The position numbers were made by a program, and so were the translations under genes. The notes beneath the pieces were generated by a model. That model was not told the origin of the DNA. It saw only the letters and a list, made by a program, of their open reading frames with translations, and did not search any database. Positions 1 through 13,485 of a stretch of DNA of 64,000 nt are shown here, piece by piece. This DNA comes from Eukaryota sp. TZLM1-RC. Lineage: Eukaryota; Protista; Metamonada: BaSk clade. Position 1 is the stretch's first letter. Each line of letters starts with the position of its first letter. Location of the stretch: positions 1,178,001 through 1,242,000 of the forward strand of contig JAUPSS010000002.1 of the NCBI GenBank assembly GCA_040285825.1, written 5' to 3'.

Positions 1-2790
1 TCAGGTCCATTATCGCTATGAATTAACATAGGTATGCCAAAGCTAGCGCAAACATTCCAAATTAAAGCATCTGCGGTTTCTAAGGCATTGAGTTCTTTTA
101 GAGGGACTAAAATTGTATATCCAGTAAAAGAGTCTACAAATACTAAAAGATATTTATTTCCTTCGTTGTCGGAATTTAGGGGTCCAATTGTATCGACGTT
201 TAATCTGGCAAAAGGACGATCTGCCCATAAAGATCCTGTGGAAGGTGTTTTTGATCTTTTAACTGGAGCCGTTTTTTGACAAGTTGGGCATCTTTTGACA
301 TGATTAATGAGGTCCTTTCTCATATTGGGCCAGTAGAAATCGCTTTTGGATAGTTTGTGTAAACTATCGTTTTTACTAGGGTGACCAGATTGAACCAAAC
401 CATGTATTAATAGTAGTGCCTGTTTTCTGAGGCTCTTTGGAATCAAAATTTTGTTTTTATTATTTTTCCAAATTTGAGTATTTTTATCTAGAATTGCATT
501 TTCAAATAACGAGTCGTTGTTGTTTTTGGCTATTTGTTGTTCGGATCTTATCCTAGAGAACCAAGAAGAAAAAATAGGTAGGTCTTGGTGTCTACTTAGA
601 GATGAGATTGATGGGATGTCTTCAAGGTCCGAATCAGAATCATCGTCTAGTGGAGGTATCTCGTAATTTGAAAGTAAAGTATCTGGTATATTTATGCTAC
701 AAATAGAAGGAGTTTCCTCGTTTTGATCCAAATCAATATTCCTCGATAACATATCTGCCCAATGGTTGTCTTCACCAGGTTCGTGGACTATGTCAAAGTC
801 GAATTCAGATAGTATCGGCAGCCATCTCTTTACAATTCTATTTTTCTCTGGGGCTGTAGCCAGGAATGCAATGTTTTTATGATCTGTGAAAATTGTTAAA
901 TGTCTAGTTAACAAGTAGCTTTCTAAACAACTTTCAGTTAAAATCAAAAGTATTGCATATAATTCTTTTTGTAATGTGGACCATTTTCTTTGTGTTTCTG
1001 TAAGTAATCTACTGTAGAATGACAAAGGTTTTACTTTCCTTTTATTTAGCGGGGTTCCTGCAGGGGAGTAGGGCTCAATTTCTTGCCAAATAACACCTCC
1101 TACTGCTACATCTGAAGCGTCAGTACTTATTAATACTCGCTTGCCCGGAGCTGGTAATTCAAGGGGCATGTGGTTTACTATTAAGTCTTTTATTTGTTTT
1201 AAGTAATCGTCATGCTTGCTAGTCCATTTAGTTGTTCTGGGTTTTTCTTTAATTAGCTCGTTAATTGGAGCAATTAATTCAGAAATACATGGAAGCCAAT
1301 CTCTAATATAATTGATGGATCCTACCAATGAGCGAACTTCTTTCACTGTTTTTGGTCTAGGGATTCTCATCAAGGCTTCGATTTTTTTCTTACTAATAAA
1401 TCTAGTTTTATCCTGGAAGGTACTTCCTAAAATGTCGATAGGGTGTTTTGATGTTACGAATTTACATTTACGTAAGCCTATATTTACACGTCTATTTCTG
1501 GCGCATTGGAGGACTCTTTGTAATCTCTTATAAAATTCTTCGAATGTCGTTCCAACTATTATGATATCGTCAATGTATATAAAAACGCCGTCTATTTGGA
1601 AAATTTCCATCATTACGTTTTGAAAAACTGCTGGGATGTTCTTTAATCCGAAGCAAGCTCTTTTAAACATGATTGACCTTTCAGGAATTGAGATTGATGT
1701 TTTCTCAATATCCTTATCAGCTACATTCATCTGCCAGAAAGCTTTTGGTAAATCGAGCGTGGCGATGTAATTTGCTCTACTCAAAAATTCTAAAATATCA
1801 CTAATCCTAGGTAGATTAGGCTCTACTGAAATTGTATGGGCATTAACTCCATCTTTACCACTAAAGTCTCCAGTTAACCTGGGTTTCTTGCCGTCAGGAT
1901 ATATAACTAAGACAATAGGAGAGCTGAATTTATAATTAGATTCAACTGCGTAACCCATTTCGATCAGTTCATCAAATATTTTGTTTGCTATTTCCATTTT
2001 GCTGGGATTTAACCGTCTAGCAGGCTTGTGTACTATAGCATTCTCATCTCTAAAGGGGATTGTCAGAGGATTACAATCGATCCCTTTTCTATTAGGAGTT
2101 TCACTAAAAACATCGCTGAATAATTTTAGTAGACTCGTTAATTTTAATCTATTATTACTATCATCTAATTTTATCTCACATCCAGATCTTGCTAATTGCT
2201 CCTCAAAATCAGAAGGACTTGGTGATTGGTTATCTAAGTTCCCAATCGAATGTTGAGCGATCCTAGAGTCGAATTCTGATTCTGCATTTAGCAAAGTGCG
2301 GTGTTCTTTGTCTAATCTAATGAAAAGACCATCATCCGTCTGAAGCCCAAGTGCTTTTAACATGTCTGTCCCTATTAATAATTTGTTCGAACCCGGGATT
2401 ATGGGAAGAGTATGTTTATAATGAACTTGTTGCGCAATGCTTCTTACGTTGAACGACAGAATACCAGTTGCACTCCCTAGCGATTTAGTGGATACGTTAT
2501 TAGCTGGTAAGAACTTAATAGTATCCTTGCTGTTGATTGACATGTGGCATTGTTCAGCTAAATCTGCAGTAATAACTGAACAAAACGCAGCCGAATCTAT
2601 AGTCGCAATCATTTTAATATCATTTATTGATATCTCCAGTCTTAGAAATGGAGAACGCTGGGACCTGATGTGGTTTTCACTAACCGTAGAATTAATATCA
2701 AAAATACTATTGATATGAGAGCTGGATTGGTGAATTTGTAGAGGAATTAAAAGATTTTGTTGAGCTGTTGGAAAGTTGTTGACTGGGTTT
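1..2790 (-). CDS. pol: Pol polyprotein (protease, RT, RNase H, integrase), partial
   Basis: Manual translation: IATIDSAAFC protease (~2600), GVFIYIDDII RT (~1570), ISTDASDVAVGG RNase H (~1120), H..H..CPTCQK zinc finger (~410-280), RLNVDTIGP/LVFVDSFT integrase core (~200-130). No minus-strand sub-ORFs appear in the track, consistent with a frame open to the window edge. Confidence 0.9.
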
Positions 2791-5779
2791 CTTTAAATCG
2801 GTTGTTGATTGATTGTGATTGATTGCGTTGATGTGTACCCGATTAGGTAAGTTGCCTGTCCTGCTGTTCCGGTTGCTGTTGTTGATCCGTCTGTGAGGAA
2901 TCGTACTCGAACGGGTCGGTTTTGACTCAGTAGGGGATGCGTTTGATGATATATCCTCTGTAGTGTTGATGTTATAAATGGGTCTGTACTGACCTCTTCC
3001 TTTATGACCTCTAAAACGGCCTCCACGGCCTCTAAATTTGAATCTATGTACACGTCTACCACGGCCACCTCGGCCCCTTTCTACACTGCCTCTACTAGCA
3101 GGCGCCTTCTGTTCTTCGAATCTGAATCTTTTTTCTTTGGGGACTCTGCTTCTAGCACAACGAGGATCTTTGCATTCGAATACAGTGTGGCCAACAGGAT
3201 TGTTACCTTCGACGTTGCTGCAGAATGTACAGAATTTTGACCCTTCTCGTTCATGATTTTCAGGGATGTATTTGTGTTGAGGGGTTCCTCTTGACTTTCC
3301 ACCTGATCGTCTTGCTCGTTTTGATGGAGCCTGGGCTGATGGTGTTACTCCTCTTGAGTAAGTTCTCATCGTCGTGAGTCCCAAAGGAATATCTTCTTCA
3401 TTAGCCCTGTTCCTTAGTACATCCATTGTGGGCTTGTTTCCTGCTCTGTAACACCAAGCGAGGAAATGTCTTCTCGTTGTCGATATCAAATTGAGTAGAG
3501 TTGTTCTGTTCGGTGAGTCCCACAAGGATTCCCTAGTCCATACTGGGAGGAGTTCGCTCGATATAGCAAAGTTGTCCAAACCCATAAGAAAGTACTCGGC
3601 TATTAGAGCGGGAGATATGGTTATCAACCCACTGCTTCCTCTAATTAAATCGGGGATGGTTAGGTCGGTGATGTAGGTGGTCATTCTCAAGACGTCTCCA
3701 AAATCTTCTACATAACGACCAAACTCGTTGTCAGCCTCGTGCCTATTGTGGATTTTTCTCCAGTTTATTCTAGGCTTCATTAGAGCTGTACAGGCCTCAT
3801 GATATGATGTGAATTGTGTTCATTTTAGCAGAAATACCATGACGTCGGCGTCGGTATAATCAACACCGAGTAAACCTTGACTTTGACATCTGAATAGAAG
3901 GCTAGGGTCAATCATGCTATAATATTCCTGTAGGGCAAGTGCTCATCATCATGCTCCTAAATAAATCATAATGGTGAATTGGGGGTCCGAGCTTATCTGT
4001 TATAGCTGGGTCAATCCTTACCAAAGGCTGTGCCGTATCCCTGGTGATCTCGTCGCGTATATGTTTGGGGAGATCTTTAATCCTATCTTGGGTTGTTTCT
4101 GCTTGGCCTTCTCCAAATAGCTGGGTAGCTATCATAAAGACTCTGGTCCAATCTGATTGGCCTGGGGCTTCAAAGCTTCTATTAGCTATCTTTCGCCCGT
4201 ATTTATCCCAAGTTTGATATTTTAAAAGAAAAGCTATGATAGACATTTTGTTGATAGGGTCATCAGCGGATAATCGAGGTCTTTTATAGTCGATATCCTT
4301 AGACCGTGGATCAATCTGTCTATGAAGGCTACTAGCTATGCTCATGTCAATAGCTCTTCTTGAGGATTGTAGGTCCTCAATACGCATAGATCTGTCGGAA
4401 GAAGAGTTTCTTACTGAGGGTTGAGGAGGAGCCGTTTCTCCAACGACTGGCCCGTTCAACTCTATGTCTTCTCCGATTTCACGTTCCATAGGTTGGGAGG
4501 AAGTTGGTTCTTCCTGAGGAGCAACGTCTTGTCTTGTTACAGGTTCCGGGACGTTTACTGTTGGAACGTGTTCGGGTATGCTGTCAATAGAGCAGACCTG
4601 TATTGGTTGGCTTTTTTCAGAAATTATGGGGGCTACAACAGGCAGTTTGGGAAGGTGGAGAGATGTGGATGGATCTCCCGTTACCCATTGTCTAAACTCT
4701 CGTTGTTTCGTGAACGAGTTACCATGTTGTTGGATGTAGTTGTTAGGACGGCTCCTATACGTGGATACAGCTGATCGTTCCGTCTGAATGTTGTTTACAG
4801 CGTCTGCATCAAACCAGGGTGTTGTCGGTTCGAGCTTGTCTGGTTCACTACTATCCTCCTGCTCCATAAATTCCCCAAAATATGTGGGAGCACCCTCTGT
4901 CAGCTCCGTGTAATTATGGATTTCCGTATCAAAGTTAGGATCAAACCAGGCAGGCAATTTGGATTGTAGGATGTCTTCCGAGTTGGTCCTACTTCTCTGC
5001 TCGATGGAGAGAAACCTTATTCTCCTGCCGTGTTGATCTAGGAAGGAGGCCTTCCAATCCAATCTATCTTTGATGGGAAGAGACATCATTTCATTGATTC
5101 TCTTGTCCATTCCAGAGATTCTGGGGCGGCGCTCTGCGTTATGTCCGAATGTCTCTCTACTCAGTTTATCGAGTGCCTTTATGAGTTCATTCCTTTCATT
5201 GAGGGGAATTTCCAATACTTTTTGGGTATCCCCAATCATTCCGAGGGTCTGGAAACCAACGTTTCTGCCTCTTTTTTGAATGTAACTCCATGAAGGGGGA
5301 AGCTGCTCGAACAGACAGAAATCTGTTGGTTCGAGGTAAGCCTCCGCATCCTCTCTTAATAACTTGTAGAACCCCTCAGAAGAGTCGTCTTCTCCCTCCA
5401 TTTCATCCAGTTGAGATTGAATTTCTTCATATTCTCCTTATGGGGAAGACGTGTCTAAGGTGGGATCTCCATCCGTTCCCTTTGAGACAGGTTCTAGAAT
5501 TGGGAGGGGAGAGGGAGCCGGGTCCGTTCTCGTAACATCATCTGTTTCTTTTTTCCTGAGGGGAGAGGGAGCCGGGTCCGTTCTCGTTACCTCTTCTGTT
5601 GTTGAAGATGGAGGGACCTCGTCCATTCTTTCATCTTCTTCTACTTTAAGGGAGGGGGAGGTGGGATCCGGGTCCGTTGCCTCGTTACCCTCTATATCAT
5701 GTATGTGTGACGCTGGTACCTGCTGCATGTTAAGTGGGGGATTAGAGTCAGAGATATCTGGTTGGGAGATGTCTGACAT
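2707..5779 (-). pseudogene. gag: gag (~1020 codons), disrupted
   Basis: ORFs 5438..5779 and 3917..5401 are in one frame, separated by a single TAA; a frameshift near 3945 and a TGA near 3820 precede 2707..3780, which has the Cys/His knuckle CTFC..GHTVFEC and RGG tracts. TRTDPAPSPL is repeated near the N-terminus. Confidence 0.8.
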
Positions 5780-5949
5780 GCTGTAAAGTGCCTGGGGATG
5801 TTTACTAATGCTGAAGTTATGGTATACCTTTTGACTTTAAAATGGCCAATAATTATTGTTGCCCAAAGTCTATTGTAGTAAAGAAAAGTCTGATTTATTT
5901 TCCATTCATATTATATAAGCCTTAAGGCGCCAACAACACGGTCTTCTTT

Positions 5950-6065
5950 TGGTAAATTTTCTGAATCTTTAGTAATTGACTGTGTCGATGTGGCAGAGGC
6001 AGGTTTTTAGGATGTGGAGCTATAATTTTGGATCTGATGATTTTTATTTGTATTTATTGTTTAAT
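5950..6065 (+). mobile_element. 3' tail fragment of RLE non-LTR element (subfamily U)
   Basis: Matches 42190-42300 (ttctgaatctttag..gaggcaggtttt.aggatgtggag). Confidence 0.7.
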
Positions 6066-6417
6066 AATACACAAAATTTTGAAACATATTTAGTTATTAG
6101 AAAACTTATAAATCAACATCCAAATAATCCATCTCTCCCAAAACAAAAACACTAGATGCAACTCTCATATAGGGAGATCCAAGAGAAAGCAAAGCATCAG
6201 AAACCATCTTCAACATCCCCTTAAAAATAGAAAACACAATTTTATTTTGGAAAACAATCTGTTAACATTTCTGTTAGGTCTTCTCTTAACAATCGTTTCA
6301 AAATCTGCCAAAAAATGTATAGCCATGGGAGCAAGTGAACGAAATAGAGAAAATACAAATGGATACAAATTGCATTTTGCATGCTGTTGGCTGGACAATT
6401 TGGATAAAGTTTTTGAG

Positions 6418-7383
6418 CATACTTGTTGATCACAATGTGATCACCCACACCATTTTCATGTGATCACATTTGATCACACTTTGATTAATTTACTGATATT
6501 TTTCAACCAGAACACTAAACTATAAATTGTTTGATATAGAAAAATCTTGTGTTAGACATTATCTTAGGTTTTTATCGTAGAAAGAAGACAAGAAGTTGAA
6601 GTACATAAAACAACTTCGGATATAACTTATAAGCAACCACAATGTATTCTTCTTCCGCTTACTGCTCTCCAATGAATTCTGCATCTCCCGATGAAATCAT
6701 CGTTCAGATCCCGGTGAAGTCGTTGAAAACGAAGATATTCTAGAAGAAGAAATTGATTTGGATTGGTCAAGCATTAAAGAAGTTGATAAATTCTTTAGAA
6801 GACGGTCCTAAGTTTTGTTTTGTATTTTTATTGTCAGTACAATCACTAATAAATATAAACTACAGCTGATCCCTTTGCTTTGGTTTATCGCGATGATGTT
6901 TTACTTAGTACTAATGGTCATTTAAACAAGGCTGAAGATCGTAAGAGAGATAAATATACTGAGATATTAAATGATTTAAATAAGAACCTTTATTCGAAGT
7001 TTTCGTTTGTTCCTTTTGCCTTTTCGATTTTTGGCAACATTGGACAATCCGCCATGAATTTCATCAATGATTTTGGTAATTTATGTCGTTCAAGTGGTAA
7101 GAATTTTCCAGAGAATTTATGGAAAAATCGTATCATTTTCGCTTTGTACAGAAGTGTTCCCAAGTATTTGAGTTTAATGAAGTCTAAACTTTATAAGGAT
7201 TCATCAAGAGTTGGCGTGGAGAATTTAGTTTCTTATGTGTTTTAGTTTGTTTTGTTTTTATTTGATTCTTTATATAAATGGTTTATAAACTAGTTTATAA
7301 ATATAAATATTGTTTACCAAGTTGACAAATTTAACACTACAAGTGTGATCACATTTGGTCAGGTGTTGTGATCAACAAGTATG
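6418..7383. mobile_element. Non-autonomous TIR element (MITE-like) with nested retro fragment
   Basis: Perfect 18-bp inverted termini CATACTTGTTGATCACAA / TTGTGATCAACAAGTATG and multiple subterminal TGATCACA motifs at both ends; TSD not clean. Confidence 0.75.
6860..7270 (+). mobile_element. 5'-truncated RLE non-LTR element (subfamily V)
   Basis: AEDRKRDKY..FVPFAFSIFGNIG RLE C-terminus; near-identical to 17690-18090. Confidence 0.8.
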
Positions 7384-8249
7384 GTTTATAGTATTATTTG
7401 ATTTTCAACATTTTCAAGAGGATTGTGATTTTCAGAATTAGCATGACTTGTATTTGAGACACTACAAGGATCAACAGACATTGCATCCACTAAAATAAAG
7501 CTTCCGTCTAATTTGGGCAATATGACATCACCTCTGATGTTCTAAAGAAAATCATCTTCTGTATCCAACAGATTTGCCAACAGAGGTTCCAAAAAGGATT
7601 CAATTCTATGAGACTTACACACAATATAATTGGTCTCTTACAGCATCGTGAATCTTGCTTCTATAAGTAATACAATGTTTAACAAACAACTTAACAAATG
7701 AGTAATTGTTATTTTCGAGAACAGATGCAAATAAAATAATGAGGTACATTATCAGGCCAAATAAATACAAAAAGAAACATTTCTTCGGAAGTCAAGCGGA
7801 AGTTGAATCTGCAAAAAGAATAATTTTACAATAGTTCCATGCTGCGGACTGCTACGCTGTCAAAATAATGAATGTGGCGTTTTTTGGAATAGGGATGTTC
7901 GCTGAACATGTTTAGGATTATCCAATTTGAAAATTTTCATACTGTGCTTTTTCCCCGGATTCTTAAATTTCAACTCACTCACCATCAAATCAATGTCATT
8001 TAAACAGATTTTGCATCGTGCAAAACACCCACAGTGCATCGTCCACGAAATGATCCTCCCGAAACGCTTTCACTTCAATGATCACTGCTACTTTATATAC
8101 CTCTGCTAACGAGGTTAAGCCTCATCCATTTAAGCCAGTTTGTGTTTCAGGTATGCAATCAAACTGTGGAAGAAGTGTATGTTGTGGAATTTATTTCCAA
8201 TTGCCTAAAGAGCTGAAGAAGTTGACAAATCAACATTGCGCAAAAGTAC

Positions 8250-8575
8250 CAGATATTGAAGCAAAATGACCAGTTAACACAATAGATATATTGCCACGTT
8301 GATTACCAAATTTGTCTAATTGCTATAGTTGTATGGACATCCTAGAAAAAAATGCCATGAATTATAGTGATGATTTTGAAAAATTTTTAAAGACAAGAAT
8401 GAATAAGGGTTTGGTCGTCGTTTGTGGTTCAATCGTTTGTTTTTACTTTTATCTAAACAATTCTTAAAATGATTTCGAAAGCTTTGATGTCGTCATTGCA
8501 CACTACGAAAACATTGCTGTTGTACGGTTTGATGGTGTGGAAGCTTGTTTTGAAGATTTTGATTTCTATACTGTA
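8250..8575 (+). mobile_element. Degenerate RLE 3' fragment (subfamily W)
   Basis: Homologous to 50960-51250 (gtatggac.tcct.gaaaaa; ttgtacggtttgatggtgtggaagcttgttttgaagat). Confidence 0.7.
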
Positions 8576-8589
8576 CTTTTCAGAAAAGC

Positions 8590-9561
8590 ATCTTTTAAAT
8601 TTAAAAATACATTCTTCGAACATTAAAGAAACGATTGACTGGAATGTATGAAAATGATCTTTATAAAAATATATGCAGCTCGGCTGTTTTAAATCAAGAT
8701 CTTCACTCCTTGTTATTGGAAAAGGGTGTTTGTGAAAACAAGTCGTCAGATTCTTCACTTTTTGTAACCATTGTACCACGAAGATTTGGATTGTGTGCCA
8801 CTAATGAAGCATTTGTAACAAAAATGAGATTATTCTTGAACATCCCCATTGATCAATTATTATCAAAAGAAAAACGTATTTGTTCGAATTCACCTCAACT
8901 CACTTTGCGCCATGCTCTGAATTGCTCTAAATTGATAACTTATCGTTCTTCATTACATGATGCTGTCAGAGACACTGTTTTCAATATGGCACAAACTGCA
9001 AAAATATCGTGTATCAAAGAGCCTCTGCTGAAGGAAACAATCTCTCTGAATAATTTTGGTTCTGATGATAGAGGTGATGTATACTGTGATTGGATTGATT
9101 ATTCTGAAGCCATTGTTGACTTTGTCTCATGTAATGTTGCAAATGATACTTTGGTTCACAAAGGAAAACTTAATCCTGTGAGTGCTCTTGATTTTCGAGC
9201 AAAAGAAAAACATAGAAAATATGATAAAGATATTGAAGAGGCTAATGCTGATAGAAATACACAGCTGGTTTTTATTGCTTTCCCATTTTCGATAAATAGA
9301 AGATTATCAGTTGAAGCAGAAACTTTTTGAATGACTACCAAAAAATGGTGCAAGAAAAAACAATGAAAAGATTTGTTATTTTTTTATGGCGTTCACGGAT
9401 TCAATTTGTCATTATTAATAGATTACCTCGGTTTTTCAATCGAATAAGAGAAGCTTTAGCTAGACAGCAAGCAGATCAAGATTTTGTAGAGGAAATCTTG
9501 GTTCAATGATAGTCGTCTCATTAGTTATGAGTTAATTTAATTAAGTGTGCAAATTCAATAA
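8590..9561 (+). mobile_element. 5'-truncated CRE-like non-LTR element (subfamily X)
   Basis: Near-identical to 42995-43900; zinc motif ..HALNC and RLE DDRGD..D..KEKHRKY; frameshift near 9327. Confidence 0.88.
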
Positions 9562-10041
9562 ATATTATATTATATTATATTATATTATATTATATTATAT
9601 TATATTATATTATATTATATTATATTATATTATATTATATTATATTATATTATATTATATTATATTATATTATATTATATTATATTATATTATATTATAT
9701 TATATTATATTATATTATATTATATTATATTATATTATATTATATTATATTATATTATATTATATTATATTATATTATATTATATTATATTATATTATAT
9801 TATATTATATTATATTATATTATATTATATTATATTATATTATATTATATTATATTATATTATATTATATTATATTATATTATATTATATTATATTATAT
9901 TATGTTATATTATATTATATTATATTATATTATATTATATTATATTATATTATATTATATTATATTATATTATATTATATTATATTATATTATATTATAT
10001 TATATTATATTATATTATATTATATTATATTATATTATATT
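9562..10041. repeat. (ATATT)n microsatellite, ~96 units
   Basis: 480 bp perfect except one ATGTT unit at ~9902. Confidence 0.99.
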
Positions 10042-10089
10042 TTTAGGTTTATCTATTTTTTCATCATCATTAAAAAAATTCCTGCTTCT

Positions 10090-10780
10090 ACTATAGTCTT
10101 CCGTTTATCGAAAATGAAAAAGCTATAAAAAATAGTGGTCTATTTCTATCAGCATTAGCTTCTTCAATATCTTTGTCGTATTTTCTATGTTTCTCCTAGC
10201 TTTAAATTCAAGAGGGCTTACAGGATTAAGTTTTCTTCTTTGAACCAAAGTATCATTTGCAACATTACAGAAGACAAAGTCAACAACAGCTTCAGAGTTC
10301 TCAATCCAATCACAGAATACATCACCTCTATCATCAGAACCAAAATTATTCAGAGAAAGTGTTTCCTTCAGCAGGGGCTCTTTGATACACGATATCCTTG
10401 CAGTTTGTGCCATATTGAAAACAGTGTCTCTAACAGCATCATGTAATGAAGAACGATAAGTTATCAATTTAGAGCAATTCAGAGCATGGCGCAAAGTGAG
10501 TTGAGGTGAATTCGAACAAATACATTTTTCTTTTGATAATAATTGATCAATGGGGATGTTCAAATATAATCTCATTTTTGTTACAAATGCTTCATTAGTG
10601 GCACACAATCCAAATCTTGGTGGTACAATGGTTACAAAAAGTGAAGAATCTGACGACTTGTTTTCACAAACACCCTTTTCCAATAACAATGAGTGAAGAT
10701 CTTGATTTAAAACAGCCGAGCTGCATATATTATTATAAAGATTTTTTTCATACATTCCAGTCAATCGTTTCTGTAAGGTT
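10090..10780 (-). mobile_element. Truncated CRE-like element (subfamily X), inverted
   Basis: ORF 10123..10764 translates almost identically to 8635..9330. Confidence 0.88.
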
Positions 10781-11167
10781 CACAGAGTGTTCTACATCAT
10801 AGATCAAATACAATGTCCAGTATATATAAAACTGCAACACTAAGAAAACAAAGAAACTGAAAAATAATAAAGCCGAAACCTCAAGCAAGAAAAAACTAAT
10901 ATCTACAGAGTTCTGGGCCGAGAATCGTCGCTCGCGTGTTATTTGAGTTATGCATGAACCAATGATTGAGACTGTTACATAGCACTAAGTGCATAACGTA
11001 GAGAAGGAAGATTGTCATATGATACAAGAAGATCGAAGGTGTGTGGTATAGATGGGAAGGCGTGAGAGGTATTAACTTTTTGGTTGAGTGTTAAATAAGC
11101 AGTTGCAATTTGCAACTCACATTAAACCCAAAAAACATACATTTTTTGAATTACCCTAATCAACTTT

Positions 11168-11682
11168 ATGTCCTATCCACTTGCAGTTCAATACTGTTCC
11201 CGATGTGGTTTCCCCAGAGGTTTTTTCTTTACCCTCTATTTACCACAGAATATTGTGAATTTGGACCTTCACCAGAACTTTGTAACACTTCTGCTTCCTC
11301 AACATCTCAATCACAGCTCGATAATGTCCAAAGTGAGCAAATAATAGAAGATGTTGAAACATCTGATACAAGTCCTGTTCTAGTAGGAATCACCACTCGT
11401 GGTAAGAAGAGGCGTCAGACAAAAATCATAGGCCTCGGTGATTATGTATCACTCTCAGACGCGTCCAAGTTTTTCCGTAATCGATTTGCATGTGGAGCTT
11501 CTGCAGAGGGATCAATTGTGGAGATTCAAGGCGATTTTGCGGATGATGTTGTCACATTGCTACAGGAAGAATTCCACGTCCCTGGTGAAGCTATCTCAAT
11601 TGTGTCCGAAGATGACATTAAGAAGGCCGCAATAAGCGCAGGTAGTAAACCTAAAAGTTCCCGTAAGAAAAAGAAGAAATAA
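11168..11682 (+). CDS. DENR: Density-regulated protein / Tma22 (SUI1 domain); intron 11220-11248
   Basis: Splicing a 29-nt GT..AG intron gives MSYPLAVQYCSRCGFPREYCEFGPS (DENR zinc motif); C-terminal RGKKRRQT..FACGAS..VEIQGD SUI1 signature. Confidence 0.9.
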
Positions 11683-11747
11683 ACAATGGTTTTATTAACC
11701 AAAACTAACTGAAAATACATAATTATAACATGGATACATGGGTTTCT

Positions 11748-12361
11748 TTACAAAATTGTACATTTGGGACCAGATGGCTTTCTGGCAGGCTTGATCACAG
11801 CATTAATTGCCGTGTCAAAGACATTTTTAACACCAAATTGCGTTTTGGCACTACATTCAACATACCTGACAGCACCAATTTCATTTTTGAGTTGTTCGCC
11901 TTGTTCAGTGTCAATAGGAGCTTCCCCCCGCTTTTTCAATTCATCTATCGTGTTTTCGTCATGTCTTAAATCTCTTTTGGTTGCTATAAGAACAATTGGA
12001 ACATTGGGGGCGTGGTGACGGACTTCAACTGCCCACTTCTGCTTCACGTTTTGGTAAGAGGCTGGACTGTCTACAGAGAAGCAAACCAGGAAGACATGAG
12101 CACCCGCTGAGGTTATAAAGAGCAAAACGACATACGGTAGGAAAGAGGGCGAAGACGGTCGTACTCTTCTTGTCCAGCAGTATCCCAGAGAGCTAAGTGG
12201 CAGGTTTTGCCGTCAATATCAACGGAGGTCATGTAATTATCAAAGACTGTGGGAACATGCTCCTCAGGAAAGACGTTTTCACCAAAGGTCCAGAGTAGTG
12301 ACGTTTTACCAACGGCACCATCCCCAACGACAACAACTTTGAGATGGATTGAAGAACTCAT
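11748..12361 (-). CDS. Rho-family (Rac/Cdc42-like) GTPase; intron 12107-12135
   Basis: [33 protein letters not shown]|PGAHVF after removing 29-nt GTATGT..CAG, TKRD, ECSAK, CaaX CTIL. Confidence 0.96.
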
Positions 12362-13485
12362 TAAGAAAGTACAGAAGAAATGGGAAATAACAATATATAA
12401 TTACCTGTCATAACATAACTTATTGAGGTCTTGTTGTCCACCTTTGTATGATATTGGGTCCCAGATTGCAATTTTGTGCTGGCTGAAACGCCTCTATACT
12501 TCAACCCTAATTTCTATCTTCTATCAATGAAGTGCAGTCCCTCCGTAAAGAGAATCCATTCTCATGTGGAATGATTGCATGAACTACTTACTACTCAAAA
12601 ATTTGTCAAAATTTATATAAAGTAATTAAATTATGAAAGCCCACTACTACTATCATCACCCACATTTAAATGGTTTACCAAACTGTTGAACAATATCATT
12701 AATTAACCAACTTGAAGTTCTTGGCTTGTGAAAATTGCACTTTAGTGAGAAAGACTGTAACGTTAATTAGCAGTATGAGTTCTTTTATCTACTTTAACAC
12801 TAAAACTGAATAGTGCGAACATTACTCAATTAGACCCTTGCTCGACACACTCTTTATTCAATTTATTGCTTGCAAACACACTTCTGATTTGATGAATATA
12901 AGCATATATGATGGTGATAAAGTGGATTCAACAACACAGATAGATAACAAGCATCTTCATCACATAATTCAATCCTTTTTCGGTAGTTATTCAGCGTTCT
13001 TTGATAATCCTCCACTTGTGGGTAGGAAATCAGTCAAGACAAGTTGTATTTCTATCAATTTTAGTCCAGTGGACATATTTAATTTTCTATTTATTATATA
13101 TTTCATCAAATTCAAGTGGTTTTCAAAATAAATTGTACCAATATATTACTTGCAACATCGTTAGAAGCAAAGTGAAAAAAAGTTTCATTGTTTTCCATCC
13201 AATGGTAGTGAATATTCCTTCAACCAAAATTGTTCTATTGACAATGTTTCATTTAGCAAAGACTCCTTGAAACACGAAAATTCTATTTTTCGTGTTATAC
13301 AAAAAATTGTCTTTCTAACAACATCGTCCTAGCAGAACACATAAGTGTTCTTCCTAGTTATAATAAAGAAGAAATGTACAGTTGTTGGTTGATTCAACAC
13401 TTCATGGCACACCATTGTTTGGTTCACATTGGATCTAAAGGTAAGAATGAGTACTTGTTGATGATCGTTCAGAGAAGACTCGAAA

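Larger units (their letters stand above)
1..5950 (-). mobile_element. Ty3/gypsy LTR retrotransposon (5' part; runs off the window start)
   Basis: Minus strand gag followed by PR-RT-RNaseH-IN in gypsy order; the upstream end is cut by an RLE-element tail at ~5950; LTR not delimited. Confidence 0.93.

Noticed and set aside
2695-2712. Stop-codon read-through at gag CAA TAG
   Set aside because: Recounting gives TAG TAT TTT TGA; pol is in the +1 frame, not in frame.
3815-3825. UGA=Trp genetic code
   Set aside because: Trp-containing host genes (LIG4, GRWD1, DDX11) have no in-frame TGA; only the stop-usage bias is retained as a finding.
9545-10096. 183-aa (YYIIL)n ORF
   Set aside because: Translation artefact of the ATATT microsatellite.
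10895-10925. Copia-like primer-binding site (GAGTTCTGGGCCGAG) after a possible LTR
   Set aside because: Only loose resemblance; no second LTR or copia coding sequence nearby.
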